NCBI GenBank assembly: GCA_035689325.1
Contig: DASSLQ010000151.1
Coordinates: 586 to 64,585, forward strand
Reading direction: 5' to 3'
Length of the DNA stretch: 64,000 bases
DNA from: Burkholderiales bacterium
GTDB taxonomy: Bacteria > Pseudomonadota > Gammaproteobacteria > Burkholderiales > SG8-39
Below, piece after piece: positions 46,950-59,635 of the stretch (position 1 is the stretch's first letter; each line of letters starts with the position of its first letter). Position numbers and translations under genes: made by a program. Under the pieces are notes generated by a model. The model saw nothing but the letters and a program-made list of their open reading frames with translations. It searched no databases and had not been told where the DNA came from.

Positions 46950-47791
46950 CCGCGGCCGGCATGAACGATCCTGCGCGCCCCAGCCTGCTCGAGCGCCTGT
47001 CCGCGCTCCTCATGCGCGAGCCAAGCGACCGCGATCAGCTCGTCGATCTGCTGCGTTCGGCCTACTCGCGCAACCTGCTCGACGCCGACGCGCTCTCGAT
47101 CATCGAGGGAGCGCTCACCGTCTCCGAGATGCAGGTGCGCGACATCATGATCCCGCGCGCGCAGGTCGATTTCATCGACATCAACGAGCCGATCGAGAGC
47201 TTCATCCCGCGCATCATCGCCACCGCGCACTCGCGCTTCCCGGTGATCGACCAGAACCGCGACGACGTGATCGGCGTGCTCCTCGCCAAGGATCTGCTGC
47301 GGCACTACGCGGGCGAGGAGGAATTCAACGTGCGCGAGATGCTGCGCCCCGCCGTGTTCGTGCCCGAGGCGAAACGCCTCAATGTGCTGTTGCGCGAGTT
47401 CCGCGCGAGCCGCAATCACATGGCGATGGTGCTGGACGAGTATGGCGGCGTCGCGGGCCTTGTCACGATCGAAGACGTGCTCGAGCAGATCGTCGGCGAC
47501 ATCGAGGACGAATACGACTTCGACGAAGCCTCCGACAACATCATCCCGGAGCCCGGCGGCCGCTTTCGCGTCAAGGCGCTCACCCAGATCGCCGACTTCA
47601 ACGCCGCTTTCGGCACGCGCTTCTCCGACGAGACCGCCGACACCGTGGGCGGCCTCGTCATCGCGCAGCTTGGCCGCCTTCCCAAGCGCGGCGAGACGAT
47701 CACCATCGAGGGCCTGCGCTTCCAGGTACTGCGCGCCGACAGCCGGCGCGTCTACACGCTGCTCGTCGACAAGTCTAAGGGCGAGAAATAG
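46946..47791 (+). CDS. corC: magnesium/cobalt efflux protein CorC (CBS-pair + CorC_HlyC domains)
   Basis: VRDIMIPRAQVDFID...HSRFPV...HMAMVLDEYGGVAGLVTIEDVLEQIVGDIEDE. Confidence 0.9.
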   Translation: MTAAGMNDPARPSLLERLSALLMREPSDRDQLVDLLRSAYSRNLLDADALSIIEGALTVSEMQVRDIMIPRAQVDFIDINEPIESFIPRIIATAHSRFPVIDQNRDDVIGVLLAKDLLRHYAGEEEFNVREMLRPAVFVPEAKRLNVLLREFRASRNHMAMVLDEYGGVAGLVTIEDVLEQIVGDIEDEYDFDEASDNIIPEPGGRFRVKALTQIADFNAAFGTRFSDETADTVGGLVIAQLGRLPKRGETITIEGLRFQVLRADSRRVYTLLVDKSKGEK

Positions 47792-49257
47792 GGACTGTCC
47801 CTGTTTCGCTGTTCTTCGCCGGCGCGGCGAGCGTCGCGGCGTTCGCGCCGCTGGGCTTCTATCCGCTCGCGCTGCTTACGCTCGCGTGGCTCGCCCATAG
47901 CTGGCGCGACGCGTCGCCCAGGCAGTGCTTCTGGTCCGGCTTCGCGTTCGGGCTCGGTCTGTTCCTCGCGGGCGTCTCGTGGGTCTATGTCAGCCTGCAC
48001 GAGTTCGGCGAAATGCCGGCGCTGCTCGCCGCATTCGCCACGCTCGTGTTCTGCGCCTTTCTCGCGCTTTTCCCGGCGGCCGCCGGCTGGTTGCAGGCAC
48101 GTATCCCGGCGAGCGACGCGATCCGCGCCTGCCTGCTCATTCCCGCCGCCTGGGCGCTCGCCGAGTGGCTGCGCTCGTGGGTGTTCACGGGCTTCCCGTG
48201 GCTCTCGCTCGGCTATGCCGCCATCGGCTGGCCGCTGCAGGGATACGCGCCCGTCGGGGGCGTCTTCGCGCTGTCGTTCATCACGCTGACGCTCGCCGGC
48301 CTCGTCTGGCTGCTGGCCGCGCGCCACCCCGGCGCGCGCTACTGGATCGCGCTCGCCGTCGCGCTCGTCGGCGGCGGCGAGGCGCTGCGCCATCTCGAAT
48401 GGAGCTCGCCCGCCGGCGGGCCGCTGAGCGTGGCGCTGCTGCAGGGGAATATCGAGCAGTCGCTCAAGTTCGATCCCGCGCGTTACGCGCACACGCTGGA
48501 GACGTACGCGCGGCTCGCCGAAGGCTCGCAGGCGCGCCTCGTCATCTTCCCGGAGACCGCAGTGCCGCGTTTTCTCGACCAGGTGGACCGCGGCTACCTG
48601 CGGCGTCTGGACGCCGTGGCGCAGCGTAACGGCGGCGATCTCCTGCTCGGCGTGCCGACGCGCAAGAGCAACGAGGAATTCTTCAACAGCGTGATCACGC
48701 TCGGCGTGTCGCCGATCCAGGTGTATCACAAGGTGCACCTCGTGCCGTTCGGCGAGTTCGTCCCGCCCGGCTTTGCCTGGACGCTGCGCGTGGTGAACAT
48801 CCCGATGTCCGACTTCTCGCGCGGCGCGCCCGGGCAGCGCCTGCTCGCCGTGGCCGGACAGCGCGTCGCGGTCAACGTCTGCTACGAGGACGCGTTTGGC
48901 GACGAGATCGCCGCGCAGCTGCCCGATGCCACCCTGCTGGTGAACGAGTCCAACGTCGCCTGGTTCGGCGATTCGCTCGCGCCCGCGCAGCACCTGCAGA
49001 TCGCGCGCGCGCGCGCCATCGAAACGGGGCGCATGCATCTCACCGCGACCAACACCGGCATCACCGCGGCGATCGATCGCGACGGCACGGTGCGCGCGCG
49101 CTTGCCGCAATTCGAGGAAGGCCGGCTGGAAGCGACTGCGCAGGGGTATGCGGGCACCACGCCTTATGTCTTCTGGCGCGACTGGCCGGTCATCGTGATA
49201 TCTCTCGGCGTGCTCGCGGCGGCAGCGCTGATCGCCCGGGCGAGACGCAGCCGGTAA
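47788..49257 (+). CDS. lnt: apolipoprotein N-acyltransferase
   Basis: A C-terminal nitrilase-type domain ([14 protein letters not shown]...[10 protein letters not shown]) follows polytopic N-terminal TM helices. The first conserved helix ([20 protein letters not shown]) precedes the first canonical start (ATG 48013) by about 70 codons. An in-frame TAA at 47776 leaves only ATA 47788 or CTG 47809 as possible starts. Confidence 0.8.
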   Translation: MGTVPVSLFFAGAASVAAFAPLGFYPLALLTLAWLAHSWRDASPRQCFWSGFAFGLGLFLAGVSWVYVSLHEFGEMPALLAAFATLVFCAFLALFPAAAGWLQARIPASDAIRACLLIPAAWALAEWLRSWVFTGFPWLSLGYAAIGWPLQGYAPVGGVFALSFITLTLAGLVWLLAARHPGARYWIALAVALVGGGEALRHLEWSSPAGGPLSVALLQGNIEQSLKFDPARYAHTLETYARLAEGSQARLVIFPETAVPRFLDQVDRGYLRRLDAVAQRNGGDLLLGVPTRKSNEEFFNSVITLGVSPIQVYHKVHLVPFGEFVPPGFAWTLRVVNIPMSDFSRGAPGQRLLAVAGQRVAVNVCYEDAFGDEIAAQLPDATLLVNESNVAWFGDSLAPAQHLQIARARAIETGRMHLTATNTGITAAIDRDGTVRARLPQFEEGRLEATAQGYAGTTPYVFWRDWPVIVISLGVLAAAALIARARRSR

Positions 49258-49271
49258 AATCGGCGCGCTTC

Positions 49272-50137
<866 letters not shown>

Positions 50138-50141
<4 letters not shown>

Positions 50142-52180
50142 GCGCAATGCTGCTCGTCGAACTCCTGACCGAGGAGCTGCCGCCCAAATCGATGCGCGCG
50201 CTTTCGGAGGCGTTTGCCGAGCGCGCGCTCGAGGCGCTGGCGAAGGCCGGCCTGGCGCAGGCGAAAGCGCCGCTTACGGTCTACGCCACGCCGCGGCGTC
50301 TCGCTTTCACGATCGCGGGTGTCGCCGACAAGGCGCCGGGACGCGAGATGGAAGTCACCGGTCCCTCGGCCAAGGCGCCGGCCGCGGCGCTGGAAGGCTT
50401 CGCGCGCAAGCATGGCCTGAAGCCCGGCGAGCTCGAGCGCCGCGACACGCCCAAGGGCCCCGTGGTGCTCGCGCGCGTGCAGGTGAAAGGCGCGCTGCTC
50501 GACGAGGCGCTCGCGCCGCTGCTGGAGGAAGCGCTCAAGAGCTTGCCGATCCCGAAGCTGATGCGCTGGGGAACCGGCGACGCCCAGTTCGTGCGCCCGG
50601 TGCACGGTTTGGTCGCATTGCACGGCACGCGCGTCGTGCCAGCCACGGTGCTCGGTCTCACCGCGGCACGCCGTAGCGCCGGGCATCGCTTCCTTGGCGA
50701 GCGGGCGATCGAGCTGAAAAGCGCCGATGAGTACGCGTCGCGCCTCGAGAAGGACGGCAGCGTGATACCGAGCTTCGCCGCGCGGCGCGCCGAAATCGAT
50801 CGGCAGCTCAAGGAAGCGGCCATCGGCGAGCGGGCGAGCCTCGGCGGCTACGCCGACCTGCTCGACGAGGTGACGGCACTGGTCGAATACCCGCAGGTCT
50901 ATGCCGGCGGCTACGACGCCGCGTTCCTCGAAGTGCCGCCGGAGTGCCTGATCCTGACGATGCGGCAGAACCAGAAGTACTTCCCGCTCTTCGACGACGC
51001 GGGAAAGCTCGTGCCGCGCTTTCTGATCGTCTCCAACATGCGGGTCGCCGATCCGCGCCACGTCATCGCCGGCAACGAGCGCGTGGTGCGGCCGCGCCTG
51101 GAGGACGCGCGTTTCTTCTATAACCAGGACCGCAAGGCGCGGCTGGAATCGCGCGTGCCGCAGCTCGCCAAGGTCGTCTACCACGGCAAGCTCGGCTCGC
51201 AGCTCGAGCGCGTGCAGCGGGTTCAGCTCCTCGCCGGCACGCTCAGCCGCGCTCTCAAGGCCGACTCGGCACTCGCGGAGCGCGCGGCCTGGTTGTCGAA
51301 AGCAGACCTGCTGAGCGGCATGGTCGGCGAGTTTCCTGAACTGCAGGGCGTGATGGGACGCTATTACGCGCTGCACGACGGCGAGCCGCGGGAGGTCGCG
51401 GATGCCATCGAGCAGCACTATCGACCCCGCTTCGCCGGCGACGCGCTGCCGCAAAGCTTGATCGCGTGCTCGGTAGCGCTCGCCGACAAGCTCGATGCCC
51501 TGGCGGGCTTGTTCGGCATCGGACAAGTCCCTACCGGCGAGAAGGACCCCTTCGGTCTGCGCCGGGCCGCGCTCGGGGTAATCCGCATCCTGGTGGAACG
51601 GCAGCTGCCACTGCGCCTCTCTGACCTGGTCAACAGCGCGTTCGAGGGAAGACCCCAACTCGGCAAGGCGCACGTTGAGCTGCAAGGTTTTATTTACGAC
51701 CGGGCGCGGGGCTACTTTCGCGAGCACGGTTATTCGGCTAACGAAGTCGAGGCGGTGTTCAGCCTCAATCCGGCGCAGCTCGCATTGGTACCCAGGACGC
51801 TGGAAGCAGTACGGGCGTTCTCTGCGCTGCCTGAAGCCGAGAGTCTGGCTGCTGCGAACAAGCGCATCGGCAATATCCTCAAGCAGGCCGGTACGGTGCC
51901 CGCCGACTACGATCTTGGCCTGATGCTGCTACCCGAGGAGAAGAGTCTTGCCACGACGTTCGGGCGCCTGCAACCCGACGTCGACAAGGCGTTCGGCGCG
52001 CTCGACTACACCGGTGCGCTGAAGGCGCTCGCCAGCCTCAAGGCGCCGGTCGATGCGTTCTTCGACAAGGTCATGGTGATGGACAAGGATCCGCGCGTGC
52101 GCGCCAATCGCATCGGCTTTCTCGGTAAGCTGCACGGCACGATGAACCGCATCGCCGATCTTTCGAAGCTCGCGACATGA
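50138..52180 (+). CDS. glyS: glycine--tRNA ligase beta subunit
   Basis: ATGA overlap with gly[15 protein letters not shown]...YATPRRLA...FPELQG.MGRYYA. Confidence 0.94.
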
Positions 52181-52710
52181 AGCTGGTCATTCTCGATCGC
52201 GACGGCACCATCAACCACGACAGCGACCACTACATCAAGTCGGTCGAAGAATGGCGGCCGATCCGGGGCAGCCTGGAGGCGATCGCGCGCCTGACGCAGG
52301 CGGGCTACCGCATCGTCGTCGCGACCAACCAGTCCGGCATCGCGCGCGGGCTGTTCTCGACGCGCACGCTGTTCGACATCCACGACGCGCTGCAACGCGC
52401 GGCGGTCCAGGCAGGCGGGCGCGTCGACGCGTTCTTCTTCTGCCCGCACGCGGCGGACGCCGCCTGCCAGTGCAGGAAGCCCCAGCCGGGGATGCTGCTC
52501 GAGGTGGCGCGGCGCTTCAACATCGCGCTCGCGGACACCTACATGGTGGGCGACGGGCTGCGCGACGTGCAGGCCGCCGCCGCCGCCGGCGCGCGGCCGG
52601 TGCTGGTGCTGACGGGCAAAGGCCAGAAAACCCAGGCGGAAGGCAATTTGCCGCCTGGCACGCAGGTGTTTGCGGACTTGGCCGCGTTCGCCGAATACCT
52701 GGCTCCATGA
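52177..52710 (+). CDS. gmhB: D-glycero-beta-D-manno-heptose 1,7-bisphosphate 7-phosphatase
   Basis: HAD motif I LDRDGTIN, zinc-binding C..H....C.CRKP, and GD..RD. Confidence 0.9.
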   Translation: MKLVILDRDGTINHDSDHYIKSVEEWRPIRGSLEAIARLTQAGYRIVVATNQSGIARGLFSTRTLFDIHDALQRAAVQAGGRVDAFFFCPHAADAACQCRKPQPGMLLEVARRFNIALADTYMVGDGLRDVQAAAAAGARPVLVLTGKGQKTQAEGNLPPGTQVFADLAAFAEYLAP

Positions 52711-53411
52711 CGTGGTTTCGCTCGGGCCTCTTCGCGCTCGCGCAGCTCGTCATCACGCCGCCTTATGCCCTCGTCGCGCTCGCCACGTTTCCACTGCCGC
52801 GCATGTGGCGCTACCACATCATCTCGGGCTGGTCGCGGCTCAACGTCTGGCTCGCGCGCGCGATCCTTGGCATCGACTGGCGCGTCGAGGGGCGCGAGCA
52901 CCTGCCCCGCCGGCCGGCGGTAATCCTCGCGAAGCACCAGTCGGCGTGGGAAACGATGGCCTTCCAGCTCATCTTTCCGCCGCAGGTGCACGTGCTGAAG
53001 CGCGAGCTGCTGTGGATCCCGTTTTTCGGCTGGGGGCTCGCGTTGATGAGCCCCATCGCCATCGATCGCTCGCGCGGCGTGGCGGCGCTGCGCGCCATCG
53101 CGCGCCGCGGCCGCGAGCGGCTGGGGCAGGGATTCTGGGTGGTCGTGTTTCCCGAAGGCACCCGTGTGCGCCCCGGTGAACGCCGCGCCTACCAGCTCGG
53201 CGGCGCCTGGCTCGCCGCCGCGGCGGGCGCCCCGGTGGTGCCGGTGGCTCACAACGCGGGCCTTTACTGGCCGCGCAACGCCTTTCGCAAGCGCCCGGGA
53301 ACCGTCACCGTGCGCATCGGCCCCGCCATCGAGGCGGCCGATCGTGATCCCACGACGGTGAACCAACTGGCAGAGCAATGGATCGAGGAACAACAGAAGG
53401 CGCTTTGCTGA
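52707..53411 (+). CDS. plsC: 1-acyl-sn-glycerol-3-phosphate acyltransferase
   Basis: ATGA overlap with gmhB. Acyltransferase motifs AKHQSAWET (HX4-type block, a variant) and VFPEGTR. Confidence 0.86.
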   Translation: MTWFRSGLFALAQLVITPPYALVALATFPLPRMWRYHIISGWSRLNVWLARAILGIDWRVEGREHLPRRPAVILAKHQSAWETMAFQLIFPPQVHVLKRELLWIPFFGWGLALMSPIAIDRSRGVAALRAIARRGRERLGQGFWVVVFPEGTRVRPGERRAYQLGGAWLAAAAGAPVVPVAHNAGLYWPRNAFRKRPGTVTVRIGPAIEAADRDPTTVNQLAEQWIEEQQKALC

Positions 53412-54097
53412 TCGAGCTCGGCGGGCGGCTGATCGAATACAGGTTCGCGCGGCGGCGGCGCCGCACGCTGGCGATCACGGTCGATGCTTCCGGCCTGCGG
53501 GTGTCTGCGCCATTGCGCGCGCCCTGGCGCGAGATCGAGGCGTTCCTGCGCGACAAGGAGCGCTGGATTCTGCGCAAGCTCGATGCGTGGTCGCGTGTGC
53601 CGCACCCGCCGCTGCTGCGCGGCGTGAGCGGCGAGACGCTGCCGCTCTTCGGCGCGCCGGCGCTGCTCGAAGTGCGGCCCGGGCGCCGGCAGGTCGAGCA
53701 GTACGACGGACGGCTTATCGTGCACGCGCGCACGCGGCCGCTCGAGGTGCTCGTCACCTGGCTCAAGCACCGCGCGCTCGAAGCGCTGACGCCGCGCACC
53801 GGCCATTACGCCGCCGTGCTCGGCCTGCCGGCACCGCGCGTCGCGCTCTCGAACGCGCGCACGCAATGGGGCGTCTGCACCGAAGGCGCCGCGATTCGCC
53901 TCTCCTGGCGCCTGGTGCACGTCGAGCCGCGCCTCGCCGATTACGTGGTGGCGCACGAAGTCGCACACCTCGTCGAGATGAACCATTCGCGCCGCTTCTG
54001 GGGCCTGCTCGCGCGGCTCTACCCCGGCTGGCGCGATGCGCGCGAGCGCCTGGAGCTCGCCGCCGCTTCGCTTCCCGTCCTGAAAGGCACCCGATGA
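53378..54097 (+). CDS. M48/YgjP-like (DUF45) metal-dependent hydrolase
   Basis: [19 protein letters not shown] is the HExxH zinc motif in the YgjP context. Confidence 0.8.
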   Translation: MDRGTTEGALLIELGGRLIEYRFARRRRRTLAITVDASGLRVSAPLRAPWREIEAFLRDKERWILRKLDAWSRVPHPPLLRGVSGETLPLFGAPALLEVRPGRRQVEQYDGRLIVHARTRPLEVLVTWLKHRALEALTPRTGHYAAVLGLPAPRVALSNARTQWGVCTEGAAIRLSWRLVHVEPRLADYVVAHEVAHLVEMNHSRRFWGLLARLYPGWRDARERLELAAASLPVLKGTR

Positions 54098-54477
54098 GAA
54101 TCCTGCACACCATGCTGCGCGTCGGAGACATGCAGCGCTCGATCAAGTTCTATACCGAAGTGCTCGGCATGAAGCTCTTGCGCACCACCGATCGTCCCGA
54201 GCAGAAATATTCGCTCGCCTTCGTCGGCTACGACGACGAGAAGCGCGCGGCGGTGCTCGAGCTCACCTACAACTACGGCGTCGAGCGCTATGACCTCGGC
54301 AGCGCCTTCGGCCATGTCGCCATCGGCGTGCCGGACGTCGCCGGCGCCTGCGAGCGCGTGCGCAAGAACGGCGGCAAGGTGACGCGCGAGCCCGGCCCGG
54401 TGAAAGGCGGCAGCTCGGTGATCGCCTTCGTCGAAGACCCCGACGGCTACAAGATCGAGTTCATCGAGACGCGATGA
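54094..54477 (+). CDS. gloA: lactoylglutathione lyase (glyoxalase I)
   Basis: [30 protein letters not shown]...LELTYNYG...FGHVAIGV...GYKIEFIE. Confidence 0.93.
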   Translation: MRILHTMLRVGDMQRSIKFYTEVLGMKLLRTTDRPEQKYSLAFVGYDDEKRAAVLELTYNYGVERYDLGSAFGHVAIGVPDVAGACERVRKNGGKVTREPGPVKGGSSVIAFVEDPDGYKIEFIETR

Positions 54478-55246
54478 GCGCGCTGATGCGCGCATAGTCG
54501 GCCGGCGTCAGGTTCTCCGGCCGCAGGCTCGGGTCGATGCCTGCGGCTGCGAGGTCGACGCCCGGCAAGGCGTTGCGCAGCTGCTTGCGCCGCGCCGAGA
54601 ACGCGCGGCGCAGCACATCCTCGTCGATCGCGAGCATCGCCGCGAGCGGCCTGAGCCGCACCACGGCCGATTCGACCTTCGGCGGCGGCCGGAACGCGCC
54701 TTTGGACACCTTGAAGAGCTTTTCCATCGCGAAGCGCGCCTGCAGCGCCACCGTAAGGCGGCCGTACTCTGGTGTGGAGGGAGCAGCGACCATGCGCTCG
54801 ACGACCTCTAGCTGCAGCATGAAATGCATGTCGCGCACCCGGTCGGCGTAGCGCGCGAGATGAAAAAGCAGCGGCGTCGAGATGTTGTACGGCAGGTTGC
54901 CGACGAGCCGCATCCCGGCGGCGAAGCGGCCGAAGTCGTAGTCGAGCGCGTCGGCGCAATGCACGGTGAGCTGGTACGGCGGGAACCGTGCCGCGAGTTC
55001 GGCGGCGAGGTCGCGGTCGAGCTCGATCGCCTCCAGCCGGCCCGCGCGCGCGATGAGCGGCGCGCTCAGCGCGCCTTCACCGGGTCCGATCTCGACGAGC
55101 ACGTCGCCCGGCCGGGGCGAGATGGCGTCGACGATGCGCGCGAGCACGCGCGGGTCGTGCAGGAAGTGCTGCCCAAACCTCTTACGCGGACGATGCGAGC
55201 TCGATCGCAAGCTCGAGCGCCTCGCGCAGGCTGCCGGGATCGGCAC
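54461..55246 (-). CDS. rsmA: 16S rRNA (adenine1518-N6/adenine1519-N6)-dimethyltransferase
   Basis: [14 protein letters not shown] motif [13 protein letters not shown], and NLPYNIST. The start is either GTG 55246 or an in-frame TTG at 55210. Both overlap pdxA. Confidence 0.9.
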   Translation of the reverse strand: MPIPAACARRSSLRSSSHRPRKRFGQHFLHDPRVLARIVDAISPRPGDVLVEIGPGEGALSAPLIARAGRLEAIELDRDLAAELAARFPPYQLTVHCADALDYDFGRFAAGMRLVGNLPYNISTPLLFHLARYADRVRDMHFMLQLEVVERMVAAPSTPEYGRLTVALQARFAMEKLFKVSKGAFRPPPKVESAVVRLRPLAAMLAIDEDVLRRAFSARRKQLRNALPGVDLAAAGIDPSLRPENLTPADYARISALIASR

Positions 55247-56108
55247 GCCCCGTGCCGGCGATGTCGAGCGCGGTGCCGTGGTCGACCGACGTGCGGATGA
55301 ACGGCAGCCCGAGGGTGACGTTCACGCCGCGGCCGAACGACGCGTACTTGAGCACGGGCAGTCCCTGGTCGTGATACATGGCAAGCACGGCATCGGCGTT
55401 TTTCAGCCGCTCCGGCACGAACAGCGTATCGGCTGGCAGCGGCCCGCTCGCATCGATGCCGGCCGCGCGCGCGCCGGCGATGGCGGGCGCGATGACGTCG
55501 GCGTCCTCGTGGCCGAGGTGGCCGGACTCGCCGCTGTGCGGGTTGAGGCCGGCGACCAGGATACGCGGGCGCGCGATGCGAAAACGCCGGCGCAGGTCGC
55601 CGTCCAGCACGCGCAGCGTCTTGCCCAGCGAAGCGCTGCTGATGGCGCGAGGCACGTCCGCGAGCGGCAGGTGCGTGGTGGCGAGCGCCACGCGCAAGCC
55701 CCCGCCGACGAGCATCATGACGACGTGATCGGCGCCCGCGTGCTCCGCAAGGTATTCGGTGTGGCCGGTGAAGGAAATGCCGGCGTCGTTGATCACGCTC
55801 TTCTGCACCGGCGCAGTGACCATGGCCGCGAATTCGCCCTGCAGGCAGCCGCGGATCGCGCGGTCGAGCACCGCCAGCACATAGCGCGCGTTTGCGGGAT
55901 CCAGCTTGCCGGGCGTCGCCGGCCGGGCGAGCGGCACGTGCTCGACGCGCGGCGCGCCGGCAAGCAGCGCGCGATCGCCGATCACCACCAGCTCGGCGCA
56001 CAAATGGGCCGAAAATGCGGCTTCGCGCGCCACGCGCACGCAGAGCTCCGCACCGACGCCGGCGGGCTCGCCGGAAGTGAGCGCGATGCGCGCCTTAGCG
56101 TTCGTCAA
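55182..56108 (-). CDS. pdxA: 4-hydroxythreonine-4-phosphate dehydrogenase
   Basis: [12 protein letters not shown]...FTGHTEYLA...[11 protein letters not shown]....MYHDQGL...TSVDHGTA. Confidence 0.92.
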   Translation of the reverse strand: MTNAKARIALTSGEPAGVGAELCVRVAREAAFSAHLCAELVVIGDRALLAGAPRVEHVPLARPATPGKLDPANARYVLAVLDRAIRGCLQGEFAAMVTAPVQKSVINDAGISFTGHTEYLAEHAGADHVVMMLVGGGLRVALATTHLPLADVPRAISSASLGKTLRVLDGDLRRRFRIARPRILVAGLNPHSGESGHLGHEDADVIAPAIAGARAAGIDASGPLPADTLFVPERLKNADAVLAMYHDQGLPVLKYASFGRGVNVTLGLPFIRTSVDHGTALDIAGTGRADPGSLREALELAIELASSA

Positions 56109-57378
56109 GCCGCAGCTCGACGTAGGTCTGGTCGCGCAGCTGCCGGAGCCATTCCTGGTACGCCTCGTCGGCCTTGCGGTCGCGCAGCGCCTGGCGCGCC
56201 TGCAGGCGCTTGCGCTCCGGCGAGAGGTCGCTCGAGCGCCGCTCGAGCACCTGGATCAGGTGATAGCCGAAAGGCGTGCGCACGGGCTGGCTGATGTCGC
56301 CCACCTTCAACTCCTGGTAGGCGCGCTCGAACTCGGGCACCGTGTCGCCCGGATAGACCCAGTCGAGCTCGCCGCCACGCGCCGCGGTGCCGTCGTCGGA
56401 GTTGGCGCGCGCGAGCGCCGCGAAGTCCTGGCCGCCGCTCACGATGCGCTCGCGCAGGTCGAGGAGCTTGCGGCGCGCTTCGGCCTCCGAGACCGCCTCG
56501 TTGGTGCGGATCAGGATGTGGCGCAGCCGCGTCTGCACGACCGGCGCCTCGGCGCCGGCGCCGCGCCGGTCGACGAGCTGCACGATGTGGAAGCCCGCCG
56601 GGCTGCGCAGCGGCTCGCTGATATCGCCCGGCTTCATCTTCGCAAGCGCATCGCCGAAGAGCTCGGGGAGCCGCTGGTGGCTGCGCCAGCCGAGCGCGCC
56701 GCCCTGCAGCGCGTCGGGTGCATCGGAGTACGCGGCGGCAACGCGCGCGAAGGGCGCGCCGCCGCGCACCTCGGCCGCCGCCTGGTCGGCGCGCTCGCGC
56801 GCCTGGCGAATGCGCTCGGGACTTGCGCCTTCGGGCACGCGTACCAGGATGTGCGCGATGTTGTACTCCGTGTTCTCGTCGGGGCGATTCTTCGTCTGCT
56901 CGAGGAAGAGGTCGACCTCGGTGTCGCTCACCTGCACCTTGTTCTCGACCTCGCGCTCGCGCAGCCGCGCCATGATCATCTGCTGGCGGATGTCGTTTCG
57001 CCAGGCATCGAAGCCGACGCCGTCGGCTTCCAGTGCCTTGCGGAAGTCGACGAGCGTCATGTTGTTCGACTGCGCGATGCGCGCGACCGCCTGGTCGAGC
57101 TGCAGCTCGTCGATGCGGATGCCGGTCTCGCGCGCGAGCTGCAGCTGCGCCTTGTCGAGGATCAGGCGCTCGAGCATCTGCCGCTCGAGCACGGCGCGCT
57201 CCGGGGCGGGTGTGCCCTGGCGGCGCAGCTGCCGCTCGGCCATGCCGACCGCCTCGTTCAGCTCCGAATAGGTGATGACGTCCTTGTTCACCACGGCGAC
57301 GATGCGATCGACCAGCGTGACGGCCTGTACGCTCGTGGCTGCCGCGAGAGCGGCGAGAGAAACGATCAGCTTTCGCAT
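56095..57378 (-). CDS. surA: periplasmic chaperone / peptidyl-prolyl isomerase SurA
   Basis: It has a signal peptide, the N-terminal SurA domain ([17 protein letters not shown]) and two parvulin domains (HILV...GG.LGW; HILI...GGELDW). Confidence 0.9.
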   Translation of the reverse strand: MRKLIVSLAALAAATSVQAVTLVDRIVAVVNKDVITYSELNEAVGMAERQLRRQGTPAPERAVLERQMLERLILDKAQLQLARETGIRIDELQLDQAVARIAQSNNMTLVDFRKALEADGVGFDAWRNDIRQQMIMARLREREVENKVQVSDTEVDLFLEQTKNRPDENTEYNIAHILVRVPEGASPERIRQARERADQAAAEVRGGAPFARVAAAYSDAPDALQGGALGWRSHQRLPELFGDALAKMKPGDISEPLRSPAGFHIVQLVDRRGAGAEAPVVQTRLRHILIRTNEAVSEAEARRKLLDLRERIVSGGQDFAALARANSDDGTAARGGELDWVYPGDTVPEFERAYQELKVGDISQPVRTPFGYHLIQVLERRSSDLSPERKRLQARQALRDRKADEAYQEWLRQLRDQTYVELRLDER

Positions 57379-59595
57379 CTAGTACACCTGTTCAAACGGC
57401 AGCCGCGACCGGGCGTTCGGCGGCGCCATCGCCGGATCGACGCGGTTGATCACGGAATAGCCCGGCACGTCCCTTCTCAATAGCTGCACCGCCTCGGCGG
57501 TGCCGACCTGTCCCACGCCGGTGAACTCGAGCTGGAAGATGAGCGCCGTCGTGGCCGTCGAGGCGGCGGCCTGCAGCCGCTGCACCACGAAGCGGAACAC
57601 CCAGCAGCCAGCGTTGTATTCGGCGCCGGCCAGGCCTTCGAGCAGCCGCTGGTCGAGGAACGAGTAATTGTAGCGTCCGACGGCATACCAGCCGCCCGCC
57701 ACCGGCCACTGGCCCGAGAGATCGATCTGGCGCAGCAGATCGCGCTGGAAACGATAGCTGGCATTGATCAGCCTGGCGACCTCCGGCGCATAGCGCACGC
57801 CGATGCTGAAGCGTTCGAGCCGGTGATCATAGGGGTTGTATTGGGTGGTCGCGTCGAAGGTCGTCCGCTGCTGCAGGCGGCCGCCGATCGAAGCGAGCAC
57901 GTCGGACTCACGCGCGGTCCTTAAGGCAGAGTCCGGGGTCAGCGCCACGCGCTCGCTACGGAAGTAGAAGCGTTCCCCGATAGTGGCTCGCAGGAGCTCC
58001 TGGCCGTCCTGCTGCAGAAAACGGCTGGTGAGCGCAACCGTCGCCTGGTTGCCGTCGCCGAAGCGATCGCCGCCGACGAAGCGGTTCTCGGTGAAAAGCT
58101 GCGCAAAGTTGTAGTCCGCGAGCGCGGTATCGAAGACCGGGATCTGATCCTGATTGTGATAGGGCACGAAAACATAGAAGAACCGCGGCTCGAGCGTCTG
58201 GGTGAGCGCGCGGCCAAAGTAGTTCGTGCTGCGGTCGAACACGAGTCCGCTGTCGAGGCTTGCCCACGGTATCGTCATGTGTGGCGAGAGCGGCTGGCCG
58301 GCAGCCGACTGGTCGAGGTCATAGCTGGCATAGCGCAGGCCCGCCTTCGGCGTCACGAACCAGCCGGGCGAGATACGCGGCAGGCTCACCACCGGATTGA
58401 TGCTGGTACGCGAGCCCTCTACCAGCGTCGGGTGCGTAAAGCGCACGTACTCGGCCGGCAGGTTGGTATCGAAGTGCCCGGCGAGATCGTTGAAGGTCGC
58501 GGCGGCAGTGACCTGCGGCACCCGGTGGTACGGCGGCACGATCGGCGCAAGCGGATCCTGCAGCGTCTGGAACTTCTGTACGCGCAGCTGCGTGCTGTAG
58601 CTGCCGGCCGCCGGCAAGCCGCCGCTCTTGGTGATGTACGCGTCCTGCGGCAGGTTGCCCACCGACACCTGCTTCACCTGGCTCGCGAGGTCGACGAAAT
58701 AGCGGTCGTCGGAGACCTTGTTGTAGTCGATGTTGCCCGTCAGATTGGTGGCGAAAGTCTGCGCGTGCTGCCAGGAAAGTCCGGTGCGCGTGGCGCCGAA
58801 CACCGGATCGTGCGGCAGGATCTCGTAGCGAAATTCACCCCCGTACGGCCGCTCGAGATAGCGCAAGTCGCTCTTCAGCTGGAAGCCGCGGCGCGCCATC
58901 CAGACCGGCGTGAAGGTGGCGTCGCGCTCCGGCGCGATGTTCCAGTAGTACGGGATGCCGAACTCGAGGCCGCGGGTGCTGGTCTGCGAGTAGTACGGCG
59001 TGAGGAAGCCGCTGCGCCGGCGGCTCTCGAGCGGGAAGGTCGCGTACGGAAAACCCATGATCGTGTGATCGAAGAAGCGCAGCCGAGGACTCGTCGCCTT
59101 GCCCTCGTCGTTGTTGTAGTCGAGCTCGAGCTCGCTCGCCTGGAGAAACCAGTCGTCCTGTCCGGGCTGGCAGGTGGTGAAGCTCGCGTTGAACAGGCGG
59201 TAATGGTTGGGGCCGAGAAACTCCATGCGATCGGCCGACCCGCGCGCCGGCCGCTCGCGCTGCAGCAGGAAGCCGGGCCTGTCGAACGTGCCGGTGTCTT
59301 CGAGCGTGTTGTACTCGAGCGTCGGGCCGAAGAAGCGGTCGACGCCGCTCTGCAACCGCACCCCGCCGGTGCCTTCGAGCTCGCCGAACTCGCGGTTGTA
59401 GCGCAGGTAGTCGCCGAACACGGTGACCTCGCCGCGGTGGATCTCCGCCGCGCCGCGCGCGCTCACCTCGAGGTCGCTCACGCCCTCGATCTTCTGCGCA
59501 TCGATGGTGGTCGTTTCCGACTGCTCGGACTGCTGTCCGAGCGCGCTCCCCGCGGCGGCAAGCGCAATTGCCAGCGTCGCGAGGCGAGATGACAT
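57379..59595 (-). CDS. lptD: LPS-assembly outer-membrane protein LptD
   Basis: I prefer the start at 59595 (MSSRLATLAIALAAAGSALG, a signal peptide). N-terminal OstA-like domain and a large C-terminal beta-barrel. Conserved lptD-surA-pdxA-rsmA order. Confidence 0.9.
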   Translation of the reverse strand: MSSRLATLAIALAAAGSALGQQSEQSETTTIDAQKIEGVSDLEVSARGAAEIHRGEVTVFGDYLRYNREFGELEGTGGVRLQSGVDRFFGPTLEYNTLEDTGTFDRPGFLLQRERPARGSADRMEFLGPNHYRLFNASFTTCQPGQDDWFLQASELELDYNNDEGKATSPRLRFFDHTIMGFPYATFPLESRRRSGFLTPYYSQTSTRGLEFGIPYYWNIAPERDATFTPVWMARRGFQLKSDLRYLERPYGGEFRYEILPHDPVFGATRTGLSWQHAQTFATNLTGNIDYNKVSDDRYFVDLASQVKQVSVGNLPQDAYITKSGGLPAAGSYSTQLRVQKFQTLQDPLAPIVPPYHRVPQVTAAATFNDLAGHFDTNLPAEYVRFTHPTLVEGSRTSINPVVSLPRISPGWFVTPKAGLRYASYDLDQSAAGQPLSPHMTIPWASLDSGLVFDRSTNYFGRALTQTLEPRFFYVFVPYHNQDQIPVFDTALADYNFAQLFTENRFVGGDRFGDGNQATVALTSRFLQQDGQELLRATIGERFYFRSERVALTPDSALRTARESDVLASIGGRLQQRTTFDATTQYNPYDHRLERFSIGVRYAPEVARLINASYRFQRDLLRQIDLSGQWPVAGGWYAVGRYNYSFLDQRLLEGLAGAEYNAGCWVFRFVVQRLQAAASTATTALIFQLEFTGVGQVGTAEAVQLLRRDVPGYSVINRVDPAMAPPNARSRLPFEQVY

Positions 59596-59635
59596 CGGCG
59601 GCTGGAGCGCTCTTAGTCGGATGTTAGAATTTTCA

